Position numbers and translations under genes: made by a program. The notes beneath the pieces are model-generated. The model ran no database searches. It was not told the origin of the DNA and worked only from the letters and a program-made list of their open reading frames with translations. A DNA stretch of 64,000 nt, from the NCBI GenBank assembly GCA_020137815.1, contig CM035355.1, positions 5,332,001-5,396,000 of the forward strand, given 5' to 3'. The first letter of the stretch is position 1. Each line of letters opens with the position of its first letter. The stretch is from Hormiphora californensis. Its lineage: Eukaryota; Animalia; Ctenophora. Shown one piece after another: positions 35,087-58,034 of the stretch.

Positions 35087-37176
35087 TTACATTTTAAACC
35101 ATTTAGGCTTTCCCTTATTTCCCGTAACACTCTTTTTTTCTTCATTTTTCCCATTTAGTTCTCGCCGTTTTTTCTCCCTCTCCTCTTCCTGTATCTCAAG
35201 ATCGTCACTGCTTGTGATTTGAGTGGTACCCAGGACCTCTGACAGTTGCCGGGTTGCCGAGTCTGAACCCGTTTCTATGGTTACCGATTCTCGGAGTGTG
35301 ATCTTTCCCGCAGCATGAAGGAGAGTCGTACTTCGCAGACCTGAGCAGATCGAGAAAATAGAGGATTGTGACGTCAGAAATATTATGACGTCAGAATTTA
35401 AATACAACTCACTAGACATAATTCTGTCTCAAGTAACAATTACAAATTGTCAATTTTATTTCACAGATCCGAACACGGTGTGAACCTCACCTGCATCAGC
35501 GAGGGTGATACCCCGTTCAATCGCACTTCTAGGGGGAGCAGCATGTAACAGGACCAGCTCACTGGATGAGGAGAGATAACCGAGGACAAAGTTATAAAGT
35601 TCGTCTGTGGTCTGGGTAGCTGGTCTGAAAACATCCTGTAGTTGACAACCATCTGGAAACCTGCCAAGTTGTTGTTATTACTGGTTGTTTGATTTTTGAC
35701 CAAATTGAGTTCAGTTTTGATGAAAAATGACTCAGTAAAGTTGATCAACCGTTTAATTTTTATTCTTTCTGGCCTACCTAATTCGTATGACGATGGTATC
35801 TGGAATTTTCGTTTCTTCCACTGTGTTTGAAGATCTGAGCCTCAGATCTCGCTGGGTAACTTTTCTGATGTCTCGCAACATTGTCCTAACGTCCGTCTCA
35901 TTCACCTCAAAGAATTCGTCTGTCTCCTCATCTTGCCTGATTAGACGGTAAACAGTAATAGAAAAACAGTCGGACACCGATTAACTGGACTGTAATTTAA
36001 ATTATGTTGAATTAACCTAAGGAATTATTAAATACACCTACATCTCATCTGTTGGTGTGGCAGCTGGTCTGAACAGCACTGGTGCACTTTCAATCGTCTT
36101 CTTCTCTTCCACTTTCTCAACCACCATCTCTGGTTGGACCTCCGGAACCTTCCTCTCCTCTTCAACGTCCATCCTCTCTTCCTCCTTTTCCTTCTCCACC
36201 ACCACCGCAACTTCCTCCTCTACTTTGGGTCGTTTCACCACCCTCTCTCCCGTTACACCGTTCAAACGAAGAGCAGCTCCTCCCCTCAGGATACCAAGAT
36301 CAGCGAGGGTGGTGTTGGGGAAGTCAGGGGCGTCAATTCTTCGTTGCATGAAGATTATGTGTGAAGCTGAGATGTTATCGCCGGCTATCGCTGTGGAGAG
36401 AGGTAACGTTAGCTGAGGGTCGATGAGGGGGAGTGGAGAGAGATAACGTGACGTCAGTAGAAGATTGGGGTTGAGAAGGAGTGGCTGAGAGGTAATAAGG
36501 CACAACAGACGCCACACAGGGGACACTACTCTATGCAGTGTAAGACAAAGTACAAACGTAATTGGAGAAACAATTATCTTAAGTTGTGACTGGTAGGGAC
36601 AAAAAAGATGCGGAAGATATGCTACTTACCCTCACTTACAGGTTATGGTCTGGGCGAGAGATAGAGAGCTGGAGACCTGTCCCTGGCACCTTTCCCCCGT
36701 ATCCAACTGTAGTGCTATGTTAACCTTAGCCGCTACTTGGACCTCCTCAACTAGCTCTAACTTAGCCCTGTTGTAGAGGAGTCAGGAGAGTGAGGTGAAA
36801 TTAACAACAAATTAACAGCAAATAGGGTGTAATTATTACACCCTACTGGCTTTTACAACTTACTTGTTTGTAAGTCCAGATAATCTGAAGGGTACTGATA
36901 GATCAAGGTTTTTCTTTTGGTCCTCCTTTCTCAGTCCATACTGATTAGGAGCAAACCCCTGCTTCTCGCATGCCTGAAAAATTGAATTTTAAAACGTGGA
37001 AAGACTACATCTATACTAACTAAGCTCTAGATATTTAAAAAGACTGTGATTTCCAAATATTTTAATCTGATTTTCTTCTTTACCTGTTGTTTGATGTTAT
37101 TGAGGGGAGTCCCGGGGGTAACAGGGACACTGACTCTGTGTCCATTGGGGCACAGAACCCACACACTAGAGCTCAT
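35087..37176 (-). CDS. ASPSCR1: Tether containing UBX domain for GLUT4 (TUG/UBXN9)
   Basis: Seven exons (37176-37084, 36973-36864, 36767-36640, 36390-36042, 35936-35778, 35660-35491, 35340-35087) in consistent phase; UBL1 VLCPNGHR..LDLSVPFRLSGL..AKLELV, DEFFEV, UBX IRFPDG, C-terminal PKWFK. Confidence 0.9.
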
Positions 37177-38164
37177 ACAAAGAGTCGCTCAGCTTCACTA
37201 TTGAACGAGAGAGAGAGATGGTTATTGGAGAGATAGTTATTGTGGAGTGGAAGATAAAGAGGTGTATAGTTGGGCGGGGGGAGGGGGGCAGTCAGAGGGT
37301 GTGAGAATAAACAGAGGGGGAAGTTGGAGAGATAAAGAAAACAGCAACACGTCACCGATATAACACAATGAAAATGGCGAACAATTTTTCTAAAACATTA
37401 CACTTTCACCACCGTCAGTAAATATATATAGGTCACGTACCGTATATTAGGTCACGTACCCTTCAGGTCACGTACAAAGCACACTGTTTTAACAATTCGT
37501 AGATAATAATTGTCCCTAACCGCAAACCGGAGTTAGATATATATCGTGACCCGCCGTGATCTATCGACAAACAAAACTTTATGAGACAATATCTCATGCC
37601 TTATTGTTACTATAGCAGACCTCGAATTGATACCGTTATGAACTTGATAAATTGTACATCTCTTGCAAAAATTCCCGTATTCAATTTTGGATAAGGTATT
37701 GTCACACACTCGCACACTCAATTCACACTGTCTCACAACAATTCACACTGTGTCACACTTTCAATAATACGCACTGTCTCACACTCAAAATATCGGTATT
37801 TCGCGTTACCATGGTTACCATAGTTACATAGTTACATGTAATTACTCTACTACGTATAAAATTTGAATGTGTAGTTTGCGTGAAATTAAAATATAGCTAA
37901 GGGAGAAACTTGCACCGCACCGCACACACACATAACATACACTATTTCTAACAAGTCAATAAACTTCTAACTCTTTCACTCGAGATCCTCGATCGACTAA
38001 CAATTTCCCTCACACAACAATGAGATATGAGAAAATAAAGACATGTAGATATAACATATTGGTGAGAGAGAAAGAACAATGAATTATACTTCCATTGTCA
38101 TTATACGTCATATATTATCACCTCGTGTTACATTATGCGTAACAGACACCCACCCAGTGTTCCT

Positions 38165-39244
38165 CTAATACCCGTTCCTAAAGCTGTCTCCAGAGGGAGG
38201 TGGCTGACTCCCACCACCACCACTAGCACTATTACTCGATGACCCTGTGCTGTACCCACCTCCTGGCGCCCCGGAGCTGGGTGGGGGAGGGTAGTAACTG
38301 TATCCGGGGTAGTAACTATGATGGTGACCCGTGGGTGGAGGTGGATAGTAATCACGGGATCCCCCATACGGGTTGGGAGGGGGAGGATATCCGGGGTAGG
38401 CCCTGGTGTAATCTTGAGGATGGTGAGGTGGGTAACCAGGGTAACTGCCCGGGTAACCATGGTGAGAGGGTGGGGGAGCAGACCTACTTTGGTCATAACC
38501 ACCGCTGCTTCTCTGTTGGTTGCTCTGGTCGTATCCACCTCCTGTACCTCCACCACCACTCTCCCCACCAGTTGCTCCCGGGGTGCTATCTCTGTATTTG
38601 GTGTAATCAACGAAGAAATCCAAGTTTGCCCTTTCGTCATCGTGTATATCGCTGATAATCTCGTTAACACATGCTTTAATTTTCTCAGGGTCACCCTCGA
38701 TGGAGATAACTCGCTCAGGTAGATCGTACGGTAGTTCCTTCTTGTTGCTCGTATTCACCAGGACACCATGGGTATTTTTCAGGTTCTTAATGTTATCTCC
38801 TCCCTTTCCGATTATCTTCCCAATCACCTTGTCAGATACAACCAACTTGCACACCCGCTTCCGTCTCTCATATCGGGTGGTTTCGTTGGTTCCCTTTGGC
38901 TGGTAACTGTCCTCCCTAATCCTCGCCTGAATGAACTCAATGACATCTTTCAGGGTGTCACAATCAGCCATAACTGAGACATACCGCTCGTTGAGAACAG
39001 GAAACACGCAACCCTGTTTGGAGATGGAAATTTTGGAGCCACTGGAATCTTTGAGCTGTTTGATCCTCTCACCTCCCTTTCCGAGAATACTTCCCACTGA
39101 ATAGTTGGGACACAAAACCCGCACAACTTTGACAGTTTTCAGGATCTTTCTTGGCTTGTCCTCATCTTTGGTGTCGGTGGAACCTCCGCCAAGTCCCGCT
39201 TCTTCTGCCGATCTTTTTAACGTTGCAGTCTCTTCATCGGCCAT
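38165..39244 (-). CDS. KH-domain RNA-binding protein, Nova/PCBP-like, two KH domains plus a Tyr/Pro/Gly-rich tail
   Basis: GSILGKGG and GKIIGKGG GxxG loops; the KH1 end (FPVLNER) and KH2 end (LPERVISIEG) resemble Nova. Confidence 0.9.
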   Translation of the reverse strand: MADEETATLKRSAEEAGLGGGSTDTKDEDKPRKILKTVKVVRVLCPNYSVGSILGKGGERIKQLKDSSGSKISISKQGCVFPVLNERYVSVMADCDTLKDVIEFIQARIREDSYQPKGTNETTRYERRKRVCKLVVSDKVIGKIIGKGGDNIKNLKNTHGVLVNTSNKKELPYDLPERVISIEGDPEKIKACVNEIISDIHDDERANLDFFVDYTKYRDSTPGATGGESGGGGTGGGYDQSNQQRSSGGYDQSRSAPPPSHHGYPGSYPGYPPHHPQDYTRAYPGYPPPPNPYGGSRDYYPPPPTGHHHSYYPGYSYYPPPPSSGAPGGGYSTGSSSNSASGGGGSQPPPSGDSFRNGY

Positions 39245-42200
39245 TCTAAAAGATTAAAATGCTTAAAATACCTAAATAAGAAGCCATTTAATCTCACAGG
39301 TGGCTAGAATTTGTTGTTTGGGGCACGCAGAAAGGAAACGCTTTTTGAAAACACGAAAAGAAATTTTCAAATTTTAAACTTTGTTTTTGTCGCGTGTGAT
39401 CTGATTTTGATTTGGCGCGCGCGCGACACAAGAGCTTGAGCATCGCGCGGCATCCCACAGTCAAGTTAAATTCAAAGATCTGGCGCGTTACAACAGCGTC
39501 GTTATGTTTTGACTTCCATTTGACTTCCAGCGTCATCTGACCTCGGTTTTCATTTCCGGCATAGTTTGATTAAATCAACATGAAGATCATGATACCCTGA
39601 TGTACCATGCCCGAACTGAACCATTCGTTAACTTCAAGATGAAGTCTTCATTGAAGATGAATTTCATGAAGATGAATAAAATCTGGCGTCAGATTCATGA
39701 GATTGACTTTGAGAGAGTCCCAAGAGAGCTGTCCCTGTCGCATTAAAACATGTGTATTTCCGGGTAGTCCAACAACAAAGTAAAACTCGGTTATTTCAAT
39801 GCATCAAATTAGTTTATTAAGGAAGGAATTCAGGGGGTTTATACTCCGATCGGCAGATACAAAAAGTGTCTTTGCTGAGCACATCAACAACAACAGGGAC
39901 AACAACAACACCAGCATTCCACAAACTCTCACACACACATTCTTCTGAACTGGATAAAACAATGTATAGTGCTCCTTCATCAAAACATGTGTTGGTATGC
40001 ACGTGCAACATTATGATGTTATTGCACACACGTACACGCACGCTCGCACATTTTAAAAAGGACCACATACATCACACGCACTTTCCCACATTCTCGCACA
40101 CAGACGCACACACTCACACACATACATATCAACATCGTATCCAGGTGCATATATATATGTGCATATATAATATATAAGAGATATAATATATAACGAAAAT
40201 TGTCCACCACAACAACAACAACAACATAAAGAGAGAAAAAAACACAATGTTTCAAAAATATAAACACGTTTGGTTGTCTGAATGAGAGAGCAAGAGAAAG
40301 AATTGAGAGCTCACCATTATTTCGGGAGCAGATCATTCAAGTCGAGAGATGTTTTGGGGGAGTTGAAAACAGGGGGTTAAAATAGAGAATCACGAAGAAG
40401 AAGAAGATTGGAAGAACAAAATGAGGGTCTGTAAATAGCATTCTGGGATAGATCTGCGTGTCTGTATAGCTGGTGATGACCAGAAAGAAAAATAAAAAAC
40501 ACTGTAAACCAATATAGATAATTCCCGCACCTTGCTGAGCTATAAGAATTATAATACAGGTCGTCACCAGAGAAAAAGGGAGGGAGAAAAAGGGTGTAAA
40601 AACTGTACAGAATAGAGTAGAAATGTGATTATAAAATCACATTCTGACTCTCCCTTTCTCTCCCTCTTCTTTTCTGATCTACCCCAGAAGAAAACAAATC
40701 ATAATTAGAGATCAATATGGGGGAGTACCCAGAACGCATCAGCCACTGATGACAGAAAACTAAACAGACACATTAGAAACACCATCTCTAACTTCCACAG
40801 TCCAATTCTCTCTCTCAGCTGTGTTTGAATGTCGCCTGGATATTTATGTGTGTTTCGGACACGGAGACAGACAAACAAATAGACAAACAGGTTTAGTCCT
40901 GAACACACTGTGTGCAGCTGTGACCTGCAAAGCTGCACACCCCCTTTACCAGGCGACATTCTCGCACAACTGTGAGAGAGAGGGGTGCTGGGGTTGCGTT
41001 TTGAGAGAAATTTCATATGTGTCGGCTAGATTTTCTACGCAATACAAGGACTGTATGCGTTGGGGATATATAGATATCGGGGGGAGGAGCAATAAATAAC
41101 AAAATCAAACATTATTTACAGTCAAGCGATGGGATATTATAGAATCTCTCTTTTTCTCTCTGATTATAATAATCAAGAGAGGCAATACATATATTGAACA
41201 TTACGGAACACGTGATGCCCAAATATGGGGCTGCCCTTATAAGGCAAGAAAGAAGAAAAAGACGAGGCGAAAATGTACGTTTGCTGTGCTTTTAGCTCTC
41301 TCCATAAACGCACGACAAACGGACAAAATGTGTGACTTTTTGCACATCAAACAAACAAACAAACAAAATATCTCTCTCTCAAAAAACCTGTCCCGATAAT
41401 GGTTAACATAAAAAAATTGATAAAAATTTGGTAAACGCATAAACATATAGATTGTTACGCGTGTATATATTATCATTGTGTGGGGTGGGCACTTTTCATA
41501 ATAGTTCTTTTCGCACACACAATACAGCACCCGGATATAGGGCTCTGTTGATCCTGTGTGTGTGAGGTTTAGTATAATCTCACGCGTGTGTGAGTGTGTA
41601 ACGCGTGACTGGCAACGCGTGAGTGTGATAACAGGGGAGGAGGGTGGGTGTGATATTGGAGGAGTGTGATATTGGGTGTGTAAGTTACTGAATGGAGTTT
41701 GGGGAGTGTGAAGCAATGGTCATATATGGGGATATGGGGGTTGAGGGTGTTTGCAAGAACAGTTTAGGGGAATTGTCATTAATTAATTAATTAATTAACA
41801 AAGTATTTCAACCTGGAAAACTGTCAATACAAAACCCATGGTTTACACACAACACAATGGAAATATAGATCGGGAGGGGTCACTCTGGACTCATGAAACA
41901 CACACAAGCATGTATGATGATGATAGGGAGGGGATGGGGAGACAAACATTATATCGGCTGTGAAATAAAGGCACTCTCACACATGATGGGGAAGGGGGGT
42001 GTATAAAAACTGCTCGGGGAACATACAGCAAGAGGGAGGGAGGGAGGAAATGTGAAGGAGGGGGAGGAAATGTGATTATATGTGTGGGGGAGGGATGGGG
42101 GTGGAATATATTATATCTTCAGCGACTGGGTAAAATCTAAAATCAGGGGATGTTTCTATCCTGAAAGAAAGAGGGATGTGATCGAGGTGTGTGTATGTGA

Positions 42201-42797
42201 GTTTTATGGTGCGTCGTGTTGCTTTCCCACACGGTAAAAACACACCCACAAATACATACACCCAGACAAACAAACACATCATATTATCTCTCTCAATATC
42301 TGGATATATATTCTCCCCAAATAGAGACCTTACACCGAGACACACACACGGACACACACACAAACTAACAAACAAAGAAGCTTCAGCGCCAATAAAACCA
42401 AAAAGAGTGAAAATAAAAAAGAAAAACCAATCACACCGAGTGAAACCCTGAGCTGAATGGCTGCGTGGTGGTTCGTTGAAAATGGGGGCACAGAAAGGGA
42501 GAAAAACAAGGAAAATACCAGAGATAAAAAACATCTCTGGGTCTCCCCTGCTCCCTCTCTTCCCCCACCCTCCCACACACATCTCACATACACGGTCTGG
42601 CATTGTCTGTTGGTTACTTCCTCCTTTCATCGCACTCTCTCTCTCTCTCTCTCCTTCTCTCTTCAACAAATTTGAACAATTCACAGAGGGGAATGTAGAG
42701 TCCATGGTTACCACAACAGGTTACCATGGTCACGTCATACATTTAAATTCGTCAACGAGTGAGTAACGGACATATCCCGCGGAGGGGAGGATATCCG

Positions 42798-51190
<8,393 letters not shown>

Positions 51191-51795
51191 TATTGACTTG
51201 CTAGAAGGAGAAGGGTGGGGGTTAGATTACTGTTTTTTAGAAAAATATTATGGGAAATAATGGTAATACCTGAAACAAACTAAATCAAAATATGGAGGTA
51301 TATAACATTTGAGCGGTATTTTTCAAGAGTGAGAGCGAGAGTGACGTCTAGAACTGAAAGTGGGAGTAGACCCATGCTCTTGGTGCCGCCTGAGGGTCAA
51401 ATATATATTGAGGGAGAAATGAGGGAGGTGAAGAGGGAGAGATCATATTATATTGGAAGTAGCGGAGTGAGGAAAAGTCACACACACACAAGAAACCAAA
51501 GGGGGATTAATTGAAGGAGTAGGAGGGAGAGAGAAGTGTGAAATAGAGGGGAAAGAAGCAAGCATCGATCAACAAATTGAACATTGAACAATCTCTCTGT
51601 TGACTATCTCTCTATCGCTCTGATCTATATCTCCCTATATCTCCCTGCTCGCTTTGTATACCACCACTATATAGCGACATCCCACATCCCTCCTCCCCAA
51701 TATATTGGATGAGAGAGGGAGAGGACCTTTGTTGGTAAAATAGAGCGTATTAGTAATGAAACCACTAGCGCTGAGAGGGAGAGAGAGAGAGAGGG

Positions 51796-51853
<58 letters not shown>

Positions 51854-52027
51854 TAGAGAGAGGGAAAGTGACCGCACCCCAGACAAAAACACGTTGAATT
51901 GATGCATTAAAAGCTTTACAGGGGGATCATCTATATTAGAAATGGGCTCGTCTCACACTCGCTAAAAAGAGTACTTCGGAGAAAGGAAAGTGAGCAATGG
52001 AGAGAAAGGAACGGATAGAACTAGAGG

Positions 52028-52111
<84 letters not shown>

Positions 52112-52573
52112 GAGAGATAGGAGAGAGAGAGAATGGGGAGAGACAAGAAAAACTTACTGGAGGACAGAAAGGCGTACGGGAGAGGGAGAGAAAGAGGAGC
52201 GAGAAAGCACACAGGTGGAGAGATAAAAGGGGGTGCCCCGTAATTATTCCTTATATGGTATTACTGACCGTGACAGGAAAGGGAGAGCGAGAATGGAAGG
52301 GAGAGATACATGTAAAACAATGAATGGAACAATCGAAATGAAACAAAAAAAAGTTTTCACTGACAAGATCTGAAGATACAAAGAAATAAATCTTGAAATC
52401 TTTGCGAAATCGATTCTAACTAATAATCGAGATTGACCAAGTCACATACAACACTGTGTTTCTATCTCTCTATCTTTCATTTTCACTGTACTACTCAAGA
52501 ACAACCTGTTGGCTGTTGAATAAAACTACTCAAACATCAAACTCAGGGAGTGTATTTCAGTTTAACTGAACAG

Positions 52574-52643
<70 letters not shown>

Positions 52644-53506
52644 TCACACAAGTTGCCACAATGATATACTGAAACATTTCATCCCTGTGTGTAATACAAA
52701 CTGAAGGGAAAGCGGCTGAGGGCGTACCGAAATTGTAATTGCGGGCAATAAAAGGAGAGGCAACGAGAGAGAGAAAGATAGAGAGAGGGAGGAAACACGC
52801 CCGAAATACTGCATGTCTCTCCTCCTTCTCTGACGTTGCCTATGATACACACAAGCTCTCTCTCCCTCTCTTATTTCTATCTCTTTCTCACATCTTCATA
52901 TCACACACACATTCTCTGAGCAAGCTCAAAATAGCCAGCTCGCGGCATCTCTCTCTATGTATCTCTCTATGTATCTCTCTCTATCTTTCTCTCTCACTCT
53001 CAACACTCACAACATCAACAAAACAGAAATGGAAGCAATAGAAGCAGCAGTAGTAGTAGGAGATATATCATACTGCAGGAGAGAGAAAGGGGTAGTAGTC
53101 GAGCAGGCCCTAACCTGCCCCTCTCTCTACGCGTGGGATATCGACCAATAAGAGGCCTGCGTGATACGTCACGTGATCTACCAAACTGGCCTCGGCACAC
53201 ACATTGAAAGTGAGAAAGAAGGAGAGATAGAGTGAGTGATAAAAGGAGAGATAGTGAGATAGAGTGATAGAGAGAGAGCTCTATATTATTATGGCCCCAT
53301 AGCTTGGGGGAGTCACGAGACCTCTAATTACACTACAACACACACAAACAGAGAAAGTGAGAGAGACCTAAATCATAGATACTGGCCGCTTAGGAGGCAA
53401 AACGCAGCGAGATCGCTAAATAATATAAAGAGAAATCGCTCAGCCAGCTGGTCAAAGACTATCTCGAAGTCAAGGAGTTAGAGATAGAATTAGAGATAGA
53501 TGGAAG

Positions 53507-53575
<69 letters not shown>

Positions 53576-54423
53576 CAATCTGTGTTTTGGTAGAGAAAGG
53601 AAGGTCACCGAGAACCAAGATGAAAGAGGATCCGACTTTTTAGTGGACCGTGACACGCACACATATCAAAACAAATCTGATTTTAAACCAGCGCTGGCTA
53701 GCGATTGTGGGTGAATGGTCAAGAGTCATTTATTCTATGGCCATCGTTTTGAAAAGTCAGGTTCATATGACTATCTTCTCAAAAATAAAAACACAGAAGG
53801 AAAGCAGAGATAGCGGTAAGGCAGATAGAAAGAAAACGCTGGCTCCTAACTCTCCTAAGCTCCTTTAACAAGCGGATAAGAAAAATAGAAGCTACTGCAG
53901 AGGGAGAAACGAATGAGAGTCGAGAGAGGGAGAGAGAGACAGAAAAAAGAGAGAGGGAGAGAGAGAAATAGGAGAGGGAGATAGAGAGAGGCCAGAGGAA
54001 GAGTTTGTCGAGTCAGTAAGAATGAGTGAGGAGGAGAGTGAGAATCAAAGAAAGACAGAGGGAGGGAGAGAGAAAAAGATAGAGAGAGAATAAATCAAAT
54101 TACGGGCAAATCTCGTTACTCGTATAACGCATGTTATTGGGCAGTGTGAGTGTGAGAGAGAGAAAAATCAGAGGGAGAGAGAGAGAGAGAGTGAGTGAGA
54201 GAGAGTGAGAGTGAGTGAGTGAGTGAGAGAAATGAATGTGAGTAAGAGAGAAAAGCTGTGAGTGAGAGAGAAATGAATCAGGCAGGAAGAAGGGAGCAAA
54301 GTAAGAGCGAGGGAGAGAGAGAGAGAGAAAAAGTTGGGACGCACGCACAAACGAAAAGCCATTTGATCAACAAACCGGACATGCAACACCAAATGAGATA
54401 GGGCGAGAAATAATGTGTTTGTG

Positions 54424-54464
<41 letters not shown>

Positions 54465-54639
54465 GAAGGGGAGAGATAAAGAGAGAGAGAGAGAAAGAGA
54501 GAGAAGGTAAATGTGAGATGTAAACTTCTAGAATGGATAAAATGACAACCCTTTCTTCGGACAGGAAGTTGCTGGCGACGAACAAATAAGTAGGTCACAA
54601 CTACACTGTCATGTGTGGGAGTGACAGACAGGAAGATAG

Positions 54640-54701
<62 letters not shown>

Positions 54702-55342
54702 AACATAAACAAAGAAACCTGTCAGCGTTGGTTGACAGCCACTAACACACATGAGTGTATCCACTCTCTCGAAAGAAGGTCTAACTATCAAAACCAGTAG
54801 ATAGTCAAGTCCGGATAAGTCATCAGTCTGATGTTCAAAACACTCGGTGATTCCATCCGTAACTCAATAAAGTTAGTGTTCAAAGTTCCTCAAAGTTCAG
54901 ACTACTCTCTTTTTAATCGCTCGCCATTGACCACAATCCCATCACATTGACCTTCCAAGTTGACCACACCAGAGAGAGGCAACATGAACAGGCAACAAGA
55001 AAGGAAGAGAGAGATAGAGAGAGAGAGAGATAGAGAGAGAGAGAAAAAGGAAGAGAGAGAAAGAAACGAAGGAAGAGAGAGTGGAAAATTGAGAAAAAGA
55101 AAGTTGAGTTGCTGACCAGACACACTCACACACTCACACGGCGTCTAAATAAATATACAGGCAGGGGCAGCTGCAGCAGGAAGATGTGAGACAGAGAAAT
55201 AGTGAGGAAGAGGGGAGGGGGGCTGTCCAGTGCCCCCTCTCTCTGTTAAAGGCCTGGCGAGACACGTCTAGACAGGGCTCACATATATGTGAAATGTATA
55301 TTAAGGGAGGAGGAAAGTTTTAATCAGCGTCTGGACCAATTA

Positions 55343-55562
55343 GAAATAAGTATGAAGGTCAATTAGTTACACAGCCCCGACTATAGTCTATAATAATCAG
55401 CTGATTATTGGAATTGACTGACTGAATTATACATCACCCTCCCTCTCTGTCTTCAAATAAATATGAAGGTCAATTAGTTACATAGCCCCGACTATCAGCT
55501 GATTATTGGAATTAAATGCAGTACTGACTGAATTATACATCACCCTCCCTCTCTGTCTTCAA
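55343..55562 (+). repeat. ~110-bp tandem duplication
   Basis: TATGAAGGTCAATTAGTTACA..ATCACCCTCCCTCTCTGTCTTCAA occurs twice. Confidence 0.85.
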
Positions 55563-56031
55563 GCAAAATCACTAACATGCATGATAGTACGCCGCTTCAA
55601 GGACACACACACACAAATCGCACTGCCCACGGTAGATGCACTGTAGGTGTGAGTGTTTGTCCTATAAACAGTTCCCAGTTCATAGCTGCATAAGTAGCAA
55701 AAGCAAAGTGACAAAAAGAAGTCTCGGCCACCTGTACAACATATATTGAACAGTCTCGACCAACCTAAACTTTCAGCAAGACACATAATTTACTGAGAGA
55801 GAGGGGAGAAACAAAGAGAGAGGGAGAGATAGATAGAGATAGAGAGAGAGAGAGAAATATAGAGAAATATAGAAATATAGAGAAATATTAGATGTTATAT
55901 AGACTGTGGTCTGAGTGTTGTGTGTGTAAGGACAGTTACAGTGTCATTTACGTGGTCTGTGGTGTATTGGACTCACGTGAATCAGAAGGAAATAGAGAGG
56001 GAGATAGAGAGAGGGAGATAGAGAGAGAGAT

Positions 56032-56088
<57 letters not shown>

Positions 56089-56479
56089 GCTGATAGAGGT
56101 GAGTGAAGGCATAAAAAAGATACAGTAAATAAAAAATAGAACTAATGAAAAACACGTCAACATTGTTGTAACACCGAGAGGTACCAGGTACCAGGTATCG
56201 AGGAACTCTAACTAACTAACTAACTAAATAGTTACTATGTTCTAACTTGTATTGTTAATACTCGAGACAGTCTGAACAAGTTTTCTAACCCCCGGGGTGC
56301 GGGGAGAGAGATATTTGAACAAATATCCCATTCTAACTGTACGAATTCTAACTTTACAATAATTAATAGTTTTACAGTGACAGTGAAAGGAGGTCTGTTA
56401 CTGGTTACACAGGGAAAATATAAAGTAGAGCCACTCCGAACTATCCTCAATGAGGTAACACACAAGCACACCCACATTC

Positions 56480-56543
<64 letters not shown>

Positions 56544-57516
56544 CCGGCTCCATTGTAGTAGAGTTCGCAACCTGCACGCTACGTACTATGTGGTCACATG
56601 GCCGAAGCGGCTATTATATACGAGGCTAGGGAAGGAGAGAGTGAGAGTGAGAGAGGGTGAGAGAGAGAGAGGAGAGAGAGAGATAATGACACAGAGAGAA
56701 AGGCTTCAGAGCAGTGTTTTAAGCTTTTAAATTAAGGGCACCTAAACAATAGCGGTAAGAGAGGGTCGAGCAAGGCAGGCAAGGTTTAACTAGCAAAGAC
56801 ACAACTAGTTGTTGGGCAACTCTCATAACTGCAGCAGTACCACACCCTCGCTAATTTTCTCTCCCTATCTTTCTGTCTATCTTGCTTCCTCTCTCTCTCT
56901 CTCTCTCTCTCTCCTCATATCATTATCAACTCCACAGAAAGTTTGTGAGAGAGAAGCTATATTAGAGAGAGAGAGGGAGAGAGAGTGGTGCTCTCTCTAT
57001 CTCAGATCTCATTAGTTGTAGCAACAGCTGTTGTGACCCTACACTGAGCTTGTAGTGACGTCAAAGTTATCATGTGACCAATCATCCCATAAAGAATAGG
57101 GGAAAAGAGGTCGAAGAGAGGCTAAAGGATAAGCTAGTATAAGTGAGGAGAGAGGGAGGTACCGATGATAAGATCACTTATTAGTATAGGGTGGAAAAAG
57201 TATGGAAGGGGATGCCATTGGACCCCCAGCTTGTTTACTGGGGTGGTACCGTGTATGTTTATCGCTGATTCATCACTGAATTGCTTTCATAGTCTCTGTT
57301 ACTAAACAGTTCGCCAGTAAACAAATGAAATCGAGTTGGGGGAAGAGAGAGGGTGGTGGGGCAGAGAGCGGAGGGGGGAACAGAGAGGGAATTCGAGAAA
57401 ATATTCGCATAATATGCTCTCAGGAGGAACGGAGAGAGGGGAGGAAGGATTTGGAGTACAGAGTGGCTGCCCACGAAGATGGCAATTAGAAGATAGGCTA
57501 TATGCCTGGGAGAGGG

Positions 57517-57597
<81 letters not shown>

Positions 57598-57708
57598 TGC
57601 GTAAAGGCATTTGTTGTCCAATGGCCTTACCTTATAAAAGTGACAAGTCGGAGGCCCTCTCTCCATCAAATTAGTACCATCTGCCTCCATCAAGCTTTGT
57701 CTTCTCCA

Positions 57709-57745
<37 letters not shown>

Positions 57746-57950
57746 CTCCCGTTTACATTGACAAAGAACTCGCTAACAATAATACCCGTGGGTCCAGATC
57801 TCGTGATCAACCCCAACTTTGTGCGAGATGACCATTCTGTGGAAGATGTTACTCAGAGAGATGCTGCTATTATCAGAGAGATATTTGATATTCTACATCA
57901 GAGATGCTGCTCAGAGAAAGAGTGATAGTCGAGCGATAGGAAGGTGTATT

Positions 57951-58034
<84 letters not shown>

